From: Haliotis cracherodii
Taxonomy: Eukaryota
Assembly: GCF_022045235.1 (NCBI RefSeq)
Contig: NW_027266269.1
Location: forward strand, 10,788,001-10,852,000
DNA: 64,000 nucleotides
Direction of reading: 5' to 3'
Below, in pieces: positions 50,766 through 64,000 of this stretch. Made by a program: the position numbers and the translations under genes. The notes under the pieces were generated by a model that did not search any database, was not told the origin of the DNA, and worked only from the letters and a program-made list of their open reading frames with translations. How positions within the stretch are numbered: position 1 is the stretch's first letter; each line of letters begins with the position of its first letter.

Positions 50766-53664
50766 TGATAATAAAACTACGAGCGCCCTGTGGACTGATT
50801 TACGATAGGTTTCTCGATATGCATACGTAATTTAAAAATACAAATTTCTTTGCCGTGAAGAAAGAGTAACATTTATTTAATGAAATTAGCAATTATGATT
50901 TGAGTTATAGCACGGGAACATTTAATTAACTGTTACTAATCACAGCCATCATGCCTTAATACACGCAAATAACTTTGACATATTGAAAAAGTCAGGTAAC
51001 CAGAAAGCCCGACTCTTGGACTCATATGGCGGGACATGTTTTAATGTGTTATCTCTCCTGGAACAACTTCTATTTCCACACTTTCTCAAGCATGCCTTTA
51101 CCGTTCTGCCCTTGCACAATGCAGAGGTGGTAATGCACCTTTAATAATCGAAACAGGCCGTAAAAGTGAAGACAGGGTGTGCTTTTACTGATATGATCAT
51201 TTTGAAGATAAAAAACATGTTTTATTCCAATGTCTATTATACGGATCTAAGGGCTTCATTATTTACGAGTATAACGGCTAAAATGTCCAACTTTTTAAAC
51301 CTGTTACACAATGAGAAATTGTGTGTCCTTTCTAATCATGAGGTATATTTCACTGCTAAAACGTGTTTTTAATATAACAACGCAGAAAGCTATTGCTATA
51401 TCGGTAAAACATTTGTAATCTGTATATATCATTTAGTTTTATATCGTCACTCATAACTTTATGAGAGTGGCTGTATTATTAGTTTTGTGTATAAACTCAT
51501 ATTTTATGCATGTTTTTATGATGTACAACGGTGAGACAAAAATTAAATATCTGTCTTTCTGGCTGCAATATATTTCATTTAAGGCGACGGGATTGTATTT
51601 GTCTTTATAACCTAATCACCAAGAGGAGAGAAATAATGATTCGTGGTATAAATAACCTCGACGAGGGAAGTGCATCATTTTATTCGCGATTATAACTTCC
51701 GTTAAAATATGCCCGAAGCGCATTTTCCTTTCTCAGCGTTAACGGAACAAAAAATCAAAGCAGACTAAAAAATAATTTTAATCCCTAACCCAACACCTGT
51801 CAGACAGAAGTGTTTATGATAGGCGGGCGTTGCTGTTGACAACCGTTTATAAATCTGTGTGATAATACATAAAAAAATTCCTTGTAGAACGTTCCACGTC
51901 TTAAACAAGTGACGAACCATTTGCGATCGTTTGCCAACGTGACGAAAAATGGGATACGCCGGGGCGAGTCATTTTCCCCGTCTCTTTATATAGAAGGTAA
52001 CAATTATCTTAAATTACGATCCCTACGGCACGGTTTTATATCAGTTAAGTTTCTGAAGGCTATTATCAGGATCGTGTGCCTTTTGAAACCAATTACTTTC
52101 CCATAAATATCAGCAGACAGGCGTACTAATGGATTTGGCGATCATTGCAAATTTGCTTGTTCGTTTGGCGTTTGAAGTGTGGTATGTCTGGGGATGCTGA
52201 CGATTGACAGCGTTAGATTTTGATAGACATCTATACGTTGGAAGAATGGGAAAACATTAAACATTTTATGGATAACAACTTGTTTATTTTTTGCAAGGGT
52301 TAGTTCCGTTTCAAGTGATGAGGAGGCAAAGAGTTAATTACACATTCTCGACATGTTCATATGTTTGAAAAATATATAATTATGCATTTTGTAATTAAAT
52401 ACTATATCTGTTTCAAAATAAAATAATAAACCCAATATGATGTCAAATTAAAAACGTGTTATTTCACACAGTGAACACTAGGTGAACACGAGGTGAACAC
52501 TAAGTGAAATAACACTTTATGCCGGAGCTACTTTCAGCCCACAGTGATGACTCGTGGCTTTCAACTTCAGTAAGAATATACACAAGACACGTGTGAAATA
52601 TTTGTCTTTTCAAACAACATGTTTATCTCATCTCGTGGCTAAAATAGCAACTTTTTACAGGCCATGTGATGAAATAAGCCTGATATTTGACAAGATTACC
52701 CAGATTTCCTCTATGTATTTGTACGTTCGTATACAAGTGGGCACATGTCATTTTCGAAAGCGAGACATTGTTCTTTGCAACCGTTTGGTGTATCCGCGAC
52801 CTATAGGAATCAATCAATTTATGGTTATTCTTATTTCGACCATCGACTGTATGTTTTGGGAGAAAAATATCCGTAAAATCAAACAATTTAAAAAGAGACC
52901 TCTATGACTACTTCTTTAAATCCTAAGAACAGATACATTTTCTTGTATAAAAATCTAATTCTTTTTGAGCATTTTTTTGCTTGGCCATTTAAGGTAACGC
53001 GACATTATATGCATTTGGGTAATAAAACAAGACCAGATTATCGAACTGGCATTGTAAATAGTATTGCATTCCATCTAATTGATGATACCTCTCGGAATGC
53101 CACTTCTTGACAAAATACAAGTGATGAAGCCACAAGCATGTTCCGTCGTGGTAATGGCTGCAGTCGTTAGTGTCACAAGTCGTGCTGATTAATATATTTT
53201 GTGTCAAAGTCTCGGGAGACAGATCAACAAGGTCTAGGCGATAAGACCATGTGATACTGATGGTGCGGAGGATGTAGCACGATGCTGACATTCCAGAGAT
53301 ACCATCTTCATGTCTGTGTCTGTCATAAAGTGAGTGAGTGAGTGAGTTGGGTTTGACGCGGCTTTAAATAGAATTTAAGAGTTTGAGTTTGAGAATTTGA
53401 GAAAGTCCGAAGTGGGGTGTCTCGAACGTTTACTACTTTGGTGAAACCCACGAGCACGGGAATGGTGCTGACAAACCTAGAAACATAATCGGGGCGAAAA
53501 GGGATCCGAACACACGATCATAGGTTACTGGCGTGCTCTTCTTAATACAAAAAAGTACAGAACAAAATATTCTTTACACGGCGAGCATTTAGCGTCAGGC
53601 AGAAACTGTTATACTCATGGGATGTTGATGTCTTAACATATGTTTGTCTATAATAATAATAATA

Positions 53665-54560
53665 CTAACCAAGCGATGTGCCATATGAAATAGTCCCAGA
53701 CTCAGTGTTTCAAGGAGGGGCTATCTGAATGACCACTGCGTCGAGTTTATTTGCACTTTGTTGAGAAGATCAGCAACCCTGCAGAGTCCTTCGCTTGGAT
53801 GAAGTCGGCTGGCCTGAAAAGTGAAACAGAAAGCTTTCTGTTTGCTGCTCAGGACCAGTCTACTACCCACTCGAAACCGTCAATATATGATTTTGCATCA
53901 AAATGTAAATATGAAATGTAGATTATTAAATGAATTTAATGAGCCTGTCCAACACATTGTCGGGGAATGCCCAGCTTTGGCACAAACACAGTACATTGGT
54001 CACTCTTTTGTACGACCCAGAATATGTAGAGGGGTTCATGCAAAATGATAAATAGAAATTCTTTGGAATAGGCCCGTATACAGCCCGAGACCTATCCAGG
54101 CAAACAAACCTGATCTTGTCATTTTTGATAAATCCAATGAAATCATTTATATTATTGAATTCTCTGTCCCTTTTGACACTAATGTGATTGACAAGATTGA
54201 AGAAAAACATTGCAATTATGATCTTGCTTTCGAAATGTCACGCTTGCATCCCAAGTACCAAGTTGTCTGTATCCCTATTGTTCTCGGTGCCTTAGGTTGG
54301 GTACCTCCCAATCTGTTGACTGACATTGGGAGAGTTCCCGGGTTTGTTGCCAGGAGTACAGCCCTTCTGACAATCTGGGTAATGCAGAAGTCTGCAGTGT
54401 TGGAGATTCTCACATTTTCCGAAAAGTCCAGGGTGGGTTCGACTTGGCAGCGCAAGAGATACCCCGTGTTTTTCAAAACGTGTTATTCAGTATGGAGAGG
54501 GACCAAAACCAAATGCCTAAGACCTGCATCACGTCGACAGCAAGCATTATAACCGAAATA
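53665..54560 (+). mobile_element. Degenerate 3' fragment of an RLE-type non-LTR retrotransposon (R4/Dong-like)
   Basis: AWMKSAGLKSETESFLFAAQDQ; decayed knuckle CRLLNEFNEPVQHIVGEC; endonuclease KPDLVIFDKSNEIIYIIEFSVPFD...KHCNY...PIVLGALG; frameshifts; boundaries approximate. Confidence 0.85.
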
Positions 54561-56006
54561 CGGTTCCCTACACATGTGATGTTGTTCATTTCTAAAAAGA
54601 TCCTTTTCTCATGTTTGGAATGTTCTTCATTGAAAGTAAGATATTACAACACAGCTTGGACACAGAGATTATTTGAATACAAATATCAAATATTTCCTAG
54701 TTGAAATAACTATTTCCGAAAATGGTTTGTCAAACATCCACCATAACATTAATACCTTAAAAGAAAACACATTCGTGATAATGGTTCTGTTTAGATACAA
54801 CACCAACTTAGGACTTTTATCCGTCTTTAACATAACACATATAAATAAATACAATGTCGTGTCGCCTCGCCCAAAGCAGCCAGAAAGGATTATGAACGTG
54901 TTTCATTATTACTTATATATCTTTTCGTTTCAAGATGTGACAAGTAGATGAAGGAAGGTATATTCAAGTAAATAAATAGACATAAGTATAACACCTTGTA
55001 AGTAAACACCCCAGAAACAAGATCACGATCCACAGTACAGATGATGATGTTTATTGGCTCAGTGCAAAGATTAACTTGGTGTGGCAGTTGTGAGAAAAGT
55101 CCTTGTGCCCAATAAATAGATTTTTCTCGGAGGTGGAGCTGAAAATTGTTACTTGCATAATTTGAAAAATAATTTGTCCTATGCAATCAATGCGTAGTTA
55201 TGCCGAGCAATATACCTACCATTAGCGACTACAATTCTCTGTTACTTAAGTACTTTAGTGCATGTATGTTTAATTAGATTTCACGGAAAGACACTTTTGG
55301 CTTACAACTAAGCTTTTAAATATAAATTGTCAAAGCAAGAGAATGACCAGTCTATATTATCCGCCGAAGAAGATTACAATATGACGTAAAAAAGTTATGA
55401 TAGGGCCACTGAAAATCAATGATGACACCAGGTGTTCGCGAAAAGTTACGCATGTCCTGCTCTACATTTAGAACCGCCAAAATCAACGTTCCTTAATCAA
55501 ATTCAGAGTCTAAAAGATGTTATGCGTATATATATAAGATAGCTTCGCGATATTTCGAAAATAACAATGCAGAACGAAGCGTTGTTTATTTCATGATAAA
55601 ACTTTGTTCAACCATAACGTCATTTCTGGAGATTCAGATATGCCTTGATGACGTCAAGTATTGGCCGACGTTATATTTGAGAGAGAAGTGTCCGGTAAGT
55701 TCCCTATAGATGTTGCTGGTCTACGCAGATAAACTCAGTGGTCGAACGATCGCATCCAAACGTGGGAGAGGAATGACAATCGGTATTAGGAGTAAAGGTA
55801 CAGGTTATCGACGTGAGGATTGTGAGAATTTGCGGGTAAAAACGAACTTAACCAACATGTTCGTAAAAAGGATTGTCCGACATTTCCAAGGTCGGATTCT
55901 ATTTAGAGAGTCATCATTATGAAAATGTGTTTAAATATAATATTTTCAAAGCTTGTACATTGTATCAACATCCTTAAAAAGGCTGTACATAATGTTGATA
56001 TCTCAT

Positions 56007-56102
56007 ATAAGAAATAAAGGACTAGTGGCCCCTCATGGTTTATTCTCCCTGCATTGTGTCATTGTACGATAAGCCAACTCCCACTCGTCGTTTATTTCTT
56101 AT
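56007..56102. mobile_element. Short inverted-repeat element (MITE-like)
   Basis: TATAAGAAATAAAGGACTAGTGG ... CCACTCGTCGTTTATTTCTTATA. Confidence 0.6.
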
Positions 56103-58624
56103 ATATCATTTTTAAGCCCATGTCATATTCCTGTTTTCGTTTAACATCTGCAAGATTCTTCATATTTTGTTCTTCCTTTCCAATATTTATGGACACGTAT
56201 ATTATACAGTAGTCATTCAAAGAACAATAGCCTCACACCATAGACTGAGCCTCTCTTAAAATTACAGAATTTTTATAAGATCTTCAAACTATTTTTTTTT
56301 TTACAATAGATTTTTGCACTGCATATCGATAAGGAGATATGACCTCCTTTGGCCATATCGAGTCTCCTTTCTTGTCCATAGTTAAATAATTAATAAGAAT
56401 TTGACAAACCGAAGTACATTGTTCAATGTCTGTGACAAGGTCATCTGATGTGTCATCTGTCGATTCAGCAAACCCAACACACGCCATCTTCATGCTGTCA
56501 TTGTATCATTATTAAGTCTCTTCAAAACAAAGGTCAAGCCAAAATTTGATATTTACTTCCAATTTTTATGAAATCCGCTTTCGTCAAACTGTGAAATCCG
56601 CGAATTCCCTTTCATTATGAGACTAAATATTTGTGTGGAAGGATTCCAAACAAGATCTGGTGCTTATGCACCGTTTTTATTAGCGAGGGTATTGATTAAC
56701 CTGTTTGAGTCTTAAATAACTTTACAAATACCCCGGGCACACGAGTTATGTCGAATTAGTTGAATCGTAAATATGAAAACTGGGACTACTCCTTCTTTAC
56801 TTCGCCCTTCTGTCAAGCATGTTTAAAAATCAAGGTTATATATCTGAATCCAACAATCCACGCAGGACAGAAGTGCCTTGAAAGTCCAACTACACCTTAT
56901 AACAAGCAAGAGAAGGATGTAACGGATGCTTGTATCATTACCCACTTCCCCGAAACCGAAAAACGTCTGAGTTTGAAAATTGCCTGGATGCGTACATGGG
57001 AAACATTTTCATTATCAGATAAATTCCTTATAAATTCCACTGTAGAGACAGCAACGACTATAGAAGAGATACGAATACAACATTAAATGCTGTCATAAAG
57101 TCTTAAAGTTGAACTAGTGTCAAGTGATTAAGAAACAAAAAATGAGAAACATCACTGTGTACACATATGATCTCTAACCAACCAATATGTAGTTTCGTTT
57201 ACACATTTCATATTAGTTGCACATAAGGCACGGCTATACTGAGTGAGTGTTGTTTTCCGACGCTTTTAGTAAATATTCCAGCATTATCAAGACGGGGACA
57301 CAATAAAGACTTTACATATTGCACTGGGCTGCCGCCGATCTGGTATGAATAAGATCTGGACCTACCTTGAAAATATATAGCGGCCATTGGATAACTCTCT
57401 ATAACGCGAACCATGGATAGTGGGGTAGCCTGGTGGTTAAAGCGTTCGCTCGTTACGCCGAAAACCCGGATTCAAGTTTACCAATGGGTATAATATGTGA
57501 AGCCTATTTCTGGTGTTCCCTGCCGTGATATTACTGGAATATTGCGAAAAGCATACCCAACTCACTAACGCAAACCTACTGCTGTGGTATACATTATCGT
57601 CATAGTAATATTTTTTTCACAATACCCACAACGATTTGAGTAATAATAAAATTGCTGAAGAAGTCAAACTTTTAACCGCCAGTTTCATCCTTATGTTTAT
57701 AGTGATTATATTATATTTAAACCACGTGGCAACCACAAAATGATTCCATCCGTACTTGATACAGACGTCAGTGCTTACATCGATTTGAACCTTTTGTTTA
57801 AACAAAGTCACACATGTCTATGGAAGTGTCCTCCCTTCAAAATCGAAATTCACTACTTTAGCTGTGTAGAATCTATCGTGCACTCGTCGTAATGATTGCG
57901 ACTTCGTTGCCGGCACAATTATAACAAAACTGCCACTTCCTTCTTCCTGTGCGACTTGCCGTATTCCGTTCCAAGGTCACTGTTATATGTCGTAACCAAC
58001 ACACCAAACAGGCAAGCCCCCATATTTGAGTATAACTGACCTTCATACGGTTCATTATTTGATTACGAGCTAAAAGCATCACCTCCACGCCCCCGTGTCC
58101 AAGCATTGCATAATTTGTCAAACGTAAATTCAAATTCAGGCGCCATATTTGAACACTGTCACGTGACTCTGGTTTTTTTAATCCTTATTGTCAACATTGT
58201 CTGCTATGGCTGAGACGATCGACACGGTTGTGTTTAATTTTTTTGTCTTTCTTTTTTATGGACGTCTTAATCAATATTATATGGACAACTACTGGGTTTC
58301 TGTTAGTGGGATACGCCAAGGCGATCTCTTTTGAAGGCTGTTTTTATTTGTATTAAGGCAGAACTTAATATGAAAATAAATCAAGAAATGTGGCAGTGTC
58401 TTTTGTTTAACTACAAACATACATGTTCAAAGTTTTTTTATTACAAAACAGTAAAGCAGTTTCTAAAGAATTATTACAGTTAACATGAAAGAGTGAACAA
58501 AAGGAGGCGGTCCTTCATAAATGAATGACATACGACGTAATATTATCAGTTTAAGTATTCTGAAGTATTACGTAATTTCTTTTACGCTTTCATAATATAT
58601 TGAAAAGGTGTCTAGTATTTAATA

Positions 58625-58907
58625 GGGGGCACGGGTGGCCCAGTCGTCTAAGGCGCCGCGATTCGCTGTGCAGAGTTGCGTCCCTTGGGCACGCCAGAAA
58701 CCTATGATTTTGGGTTCGAATCCCGGTTTGCCCCGATTATGTTTCTAGGTTTGTCAGCACCATACCCGTGCTCGTGGGTTTCACCGAAGTGGTAAACGTC
58801 TGAGACCTGCATGACTTCGGGCTTTCCTCCCACATTAAGCTGACACGCCGTGATATAACTGGAATACTGTTAAAAGCGGCGTTAAACCCAACTCACTCAC
58901 ACACTCA
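58625..58907 (+). mobile_element. Family B SINE, near-consensus
   Basis: 13-bp TSD CTAGTATTTAATA. Confidence 0.93.
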
Positions 58908-58974
58908 CTAGTATTTAATATGTTGTTTAAAAATTAAACTCAGTTAGGTGGTTGTATTCAGCTCAAACCTTCAG

Positions 58975-59082
58975 GGCCCCGTTTCACAAAGAGATCTTAG
59001 CGCTAAGATGGTCGTAACTCCCATACCTTAACGTTGGCTTAAGACAGTTGTAGCAATACGATCGCGATGTGGAATGGGGGCC
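58975..59082. mobile_element. ~110-bp palindromic MITE; related copies at ~27366-27465 (inside a family B SINE) and ~35630-35670
   Basis: GGCCCCGTTTCACAAAGAGATCTTAG ... TACGATCGCGATGTGGAATGGGGGCC. Confidence 0.65.
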
Positions 59083-59127
59083 TTGGTCGTTTATATGTAC
59101 CCTTCACAATGGGCACTATAGCGAATA

Positions 59128-59297
59128 CAGCGAAACCTCGTAAATCCGGAAACCCTGTCATTTGGACCAGTACCGTTTTATGAAGGTTATTACATAATTA
59201 ATAACATTACCAAATATAATGATACGTTGAACCGGACATATGGTAATCCGGACGATATCACAAGGACGACACCGTTCGGATTAATGGGGCTTCCCTG
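59128..59297. mobile_element. pogo/Tigger-like MITE (similar decayed copy ~16250-16430)
   Basis: TA-flanked imperfect TIRs CAGCGAAACCTCGTAAATCCGGA / TTCGGATTAATGGGGCTTCCCTG. Confidence 0.6.
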
Positions 59298-59889
59298 TAT
59301 ATCATTAAACATTTAACATAATGTTTTGATAAATAAACACATAAGATGTTTGTTGGTATGGTATTGTATTCCACACCTACAACTATCGTAAATCATGATT
59401 GCTTTACGGCATATGTCTCTAAAGTTTAACCTGTCACCGACTTAAAGTGGTAGAGCCAAGAATCATTAACTTGAAAATTTCAGAAGTCGCGTCTTGATTG
59501 AGAGAAAGCACAGGAACGTTCTTTGCGTAATGTACAAGACAAGACACAAAATACAAGTTGATAATAAATCAAATATTTATGTCAAAAAGAGTATTTACGG
59601 ACAGCATTATTATAGCAGGCATATTTTACAAACTGGTGGCTATTTATTAAACATAACTCGCAATACGTTCGCAGTTTCACATATCAATAATAATATGTTC
59701 AGATTTTAGCCTGCCAGATTTAATTAGAGAGTTTAGCCATGGACCACCATGCTTTGAACGCGTGATAGTTCCATTAACTCCCCAGCTAGGGCTATACAAC
59801 AATAAAGTGGCAGATGTTTCCTGGTTTATCAGCACCAGTCTAAGACATCTTTTAAGGGTTTTATCCTTCATCAAGCAGACACGCCATGA

Positions 59890-60055
59890 GTGAGTGAGTG
59901 AGTAAGGTTTTACGCCGCTTTTAGCAACATTCCAGCAATATCACGGCGGGGGATACCAGAAATGTGCTTCACACATTGTACCCATGTCGGGAATCCAAAC
60001 CGGGTCTTCGGCGTGACGAGCGAACGCTTTAACCACTAGGCTACCCGACCGCCCC
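59890..60055 (-). mobile_element. Family A SINE
   Basis: 11-bp TSD ACACGCCATGA. Confidence 0.92.
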
Positions 60056-61754
60056 TACACGCCATGATCTATCTGAAATAATGTTCAAATAGTTTTAAAC
60101 CAAATTCATTCACTCATTCAATTTTACATGGTTAAACATACCTTTGATAGATGTTTGAAATATAATTATATTTAGTTTACGCTGCCATCCTTGGAAATTA
60201 CGCACATTCATAGCCTCAGGCATTTTGCAGACAGAGGGTTTAGCACGGGCCCGTGTGCCCAAATATGAATTAGATTAGGTGTTCAGGCTTGGCGAGTTGA
60301 TTGTGTTATAGTACCCCGACGACAAAGGGACGTTGTTTAGAATACCACTGCTTTGTCTGCACCAAACTCGAATATATACAGACAACGAGCCAAACCGACA
60401 AATGCTATATGCATGTTGAAAGGAAATGGGTTTTGTAAGGTAATGATCACTGACTTTAACAGACAACCGTTCCCACACAGCTTTGACAAAATAGATGACA
60501 ATTCAGACAGGGAACGATCAAAAGGTAAGAAGCACTCGAAAGAGGTCAAGATTCTGGGGTGGGAGTTAAGCATGTTGCAGGGATCAAGTTTCGGAAGGTG
60601 TTAGAAATGACCCCAGAGTGCATCCTGCAGTCTGCTATCACCACCACCCTAGCTCTATTTGCGTTGGCTGGTCGGTAACAGTTCTAGCGTTTCCCGTAAC
60701 TTGCAGTGAACACGGAGGTACGGCTAAGTCTGTTTTCGTTGCCCCCAGAGACCGAGGCCACACACTCATGCTAATACGTGTGGCTAAGTCAGTGTGAATC
60801 TGGCAACAAACACCCTCATTTCTCAAGTACCTCTTTTTGTATCACCCTTCTGAACACTGTTCGTTCCGCATTCCTAATTTTTTTAGCAACCGAGTGACTT
60901 TGGTAGCTTATGTCGTCAAACTGACTGTGTACTTTAGACAGACTGTCACATTTGTTGTGAAATTATGGCAACTGCTTGAGTAGTATGAGTTAGACTGGAG
61001 CCAAAAAGTTAAAGTTACACGATCAAGACCCACAAGAACATGCCTCTGAACTAGCGACACTCTGGATAAAAAACAAACCTTTTCATCCAGTGATCACATA
61101 ATCCCGATTCCTGATGGTCCAGTTTGCCCAGACCTGTTCTTTCCGTCCCTATTCTGAAGAAACCCCGTGTGACACGGAACAGAGCAGGTCCCAAATACTC
61201 TTTTGTTTGTGGTAAGACACAGCTAAGCTTTTCCGGCAGAGTTGAGAATCGATACCCCCTTAAAGTATATCCCAGTAGCCAGGCAAATTGATCTTTTAGT
61301 AAATAAAAGCGAAAAAACCTTTCAACATTCATAAGAAATCCCTGCTAAAAGCAGAGTCGCTTGTACGATTTCGACTGTATCATGAACATGTGTTTATGAA
61401 TTACTATCAAATAGTGATGATACCAGGTGTTCGTGAAAAGACGAGCGTACCCTGCCACACTGGTGGCACCTGTCCCAAACACTCGCAAAGGCAAGTCAAT
61501 CTTTCACCTGAAAAAACACGGGAACATATGGTACAAGTCAAAATAAGGATTCCTATTCCGAATTGAAGTCTTTGATGTTATAAACTTGATCAAAACAGCT
61601 TCTGAGCAAGAGTCGTATGCCACATGCTAGATTGTACCCCCAAAGCTGTGAAATGTAGACACCAAAGGCTGCATGCTTGATGTTCATTTTAAGTGAAATC
61701 AAAAAAGGTGAACACAACCTTACATTGCCACATTATCAATATGAAAATGACGAA

Positions 61755-62030
61755 TGTGTTTGGTTACACAATGTCACGGCAGGGGACGTCAGAAACTGGC
61801 TTCACATATTGAACCCACATGTGGAACCCGTGTTGAGCGAACGCTTTAACCACTAGGCTACCCTACCGTCTCTCATAGCTAAAAGGGGGTGGTCGGGTAG
61901 CCTAGTGGTACAAGCGTTCCCTCGTCACGCCAAAGACCCGGGTTCGATTCCCGACATGGGTACAATGTGTTAAGACCATTGTTGGTGCCCCCAGCCGTGA
62001 TATTGCTGGAATATTGCTAAAAGCGGCGTA
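61755..62030. mobile_element. Head-to-head pair of family A SINEs (degenerate -, then +)
   Basis: Matches to family A. Confidence 0.75.
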
Positions 62031-63559
62031 AACAAAAATAATATAAAGAAGATTAAAAATACGACCTGGACATGCCAATTCATGGAATGATGGCATTTAT
62101 TCGTTTGCCAGGTTTTCTTGTTTCTAACACGATCCTTTCAACACAATGCACTCGTGTGCTTCCACAGCTGTTATTTGCGTAGAGAATAAATCCCCTCTAA
62201 ACAAACAATCTTTACTCATCCTCATAATCGTTTTGACACTTGAAACAATTGCTACAATTCCAATCCATATAACTCACAATTCCAGACTTCAAAACCTCGA
62301 AAAATATTTCATATTCACCCGGTCGCAAACATTCTGGAATATATTTGTGTTAAATGTCACTGTTTAGCAACCGTCTGCAAATTCAAAATCAGACAAAAAT
62401 TAACTCCGGGCGATATTGTGAAAATGTTCCACAAATTCACAATGCTTTCTCGCCAGTAATTTTAATCCAATTTCGACTTCTTCACCACGATGTTGTGATG
62501 TGGGTTAACGCGACTATGATAAAAACAAACTTGTATCATCAGGAAAATTCTCTTGATCGCTTACTTCTTAACACATGTTTACAAATGGCCATACTTCACA
62601 AGCCTTCTCCCGCCCTTATACGCAGGTACAAATCCACCACAGCTTAGGGTTGTTTTACGCAATACTAAGCCAACAGCAATGTCCTTTCCATCACAAACAA
62701 CGTTCTTCAAGATGCAAACGAGCTATGTCCCCTTTGACTTGTTCTTTCACAGGCTTTGTGATTTCCTGAATGATTGGGGCGAAATGTAGTTAGTATAGGG
62801 AGGGACGGGTATGGCTGCAGCATCATCGTAAGAAAACGTTTACATATTTCCCTGCGGTTAAACAGTGCAGTATTTACTTCGAGTGCAAAGCAAAAATACG
62901 ATTTTTGTGGTGTAAGTTGCCAGAATATTTTTTTTAATGAATAAAAACAGAATTATTATTGCCATTTCTAGCTGCAAATACACCTCAAAATCTTGCATGA
63001 ATACCATGGAAGGTTTGGTGTCTATTTTAAGTGCAAAAGGAAAATTGTTAAATTTTCCATTGTTCTTCAGAAATCATTATTGTCATTTTGTTCTTTGGAT
63101 TCATGTTCTTCTTTTCGAATTGATATGATTGTTGTTATGCAGGGGATTTTATCTGAGGTCACATTCGTACAATATCTAAAAGTCGAGATCACACGATGGG
63201 AAAGTATTTTCTCTCATTTGAATTTGTACATTGCTAGCTTTGAAGAGAAGGGGCAAATTCTAAGCCTTGAAAGTAATCTAATTGTGCATTATCCTTGTGG
63301 GTTGAATATATTGATGTATTGCCAAGAAAACTTTAACTTTATGAATTCGCCAACATTGTTTGGAAACGTGTTCTTTGAACGGCTCCAACCACCATTCCCG
63401 ATTGCCTAAACATTGTACATTCTCTTCACCAAATACTTAATTACCTTTTACATTTTGATTTTGAATATCCCTCAACGTTTTCAAAATTGGATGAGAGAAT
63501 CACCATTATTGTGAACGAAATGTAAGGAAACTAACAATAAAATATACTATTATAAGGAA

Positions 63560-63792
63560 GAGTGAGTGAGTGGGTGAGTGGGTGAGTGAGTGAGTTGGGT
63601 TTAACGCCGCTTTTAAAAGTATTCCAGTCACATCACGGCGTGTCAGCTTAATGTGGGAGGAAAGCCCGAAGTGATGCAGGTCTCAGACGTTTACCACTTC
63701 GGTGAAACCCACGAGCACGGGTATGGTGCTGACAAACCTAGAAACATAATCGGGGCGAACCGGGATTTGAAACCACAATCATAGGTTTCTGG
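63560..63792 (-). mobile_element. Family B SINE, 5'-truncated
   Basis: Match to family B. Confidence 0.88.
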
Positions 63793-63890
63793 TTATAAGA
63801 AAGAGAATTTATGGATGTCAACGTTAGGCTTTTTTATTCTTACACGTACATATACGTGTATATGCCCTCTTCCTCATACCATTCATTCAC

Positions 63891-63924
63891 CTGATGAAGG
63901 AGTAGGCATATACTTCGAAACGTT
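63891..63924 (+). ncRNA. Minimal hammerhead-ribozyme-like motif, probably a decayed Penelope-type remnant
   Basis: CTGATGA-A-[GGAGTA/GGCATA loop/TACTTC]-GAAA-CGTT; stem I poorly paired. Confidence 0.45.
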
Positions 63925-64000
63925 ATTTATAATGTTGGGATACACCAGAAACTATTATTGACAATGTGGGAGGAACACTAATATTGATAACGTCGTCATA

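Noticed and set aside
52174-52206. KCGMSGDADD as LPMO exon 2
   Set aside because: Second Cys absent, immediate stop, no matching flanking residues; likely chance
60275-63409. Scattered 60-140 aa ORFs
   Set aside because: No recognisable motifs or splice-consistent structure

Overview
Repeat-rich animal genomic DNA with spliceosomal GT-AG introns and tRNA-derived SINEs; repeat style suggests a gastropod mollusc, probably abalone (Haliotis), which is inference only. Most ORFs in the supplied track are artefacts of minisatellites and SINEs. Genes reconstructed by hand: (1) a disabled M14A carboxypeptidase A/B-like gene on the minus strand (exons 27555-27655, 16452-16562, 15392-15494, 13644-13855, 12340-12400, 10428-10612) with two in-frame TAG codons, a frameshift, no detectable HxxE exon and altered catalytic residues; its last exon is present three times in a ~3.53-kb tandem duplication; (2) an intact 3-exon secreted PAN/Apple + furin-site + beta-propeller gene (32446-34579, +); (3) an intact 2-coding-exon PB1-like + C2HC zinc-finger gene (42380-39034, -); (4) exon 1 of an AA15-type lytic polysaccharide monooxygenase (49060-49257, +). 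Mobile DNA comprises four short retroposon families sharing a 3' module (many with 11-14 bp TSDs), a nested Tc1 remnant, an RLE-type LINE fragment, MITEs and several minisatellites, including a 7.1-kb 30-bp array. The best candidate for something new is retroposon family D, which has no tRNA head but starts with a compact, pseudoknot-capable, ribozyme-like RNA motif.
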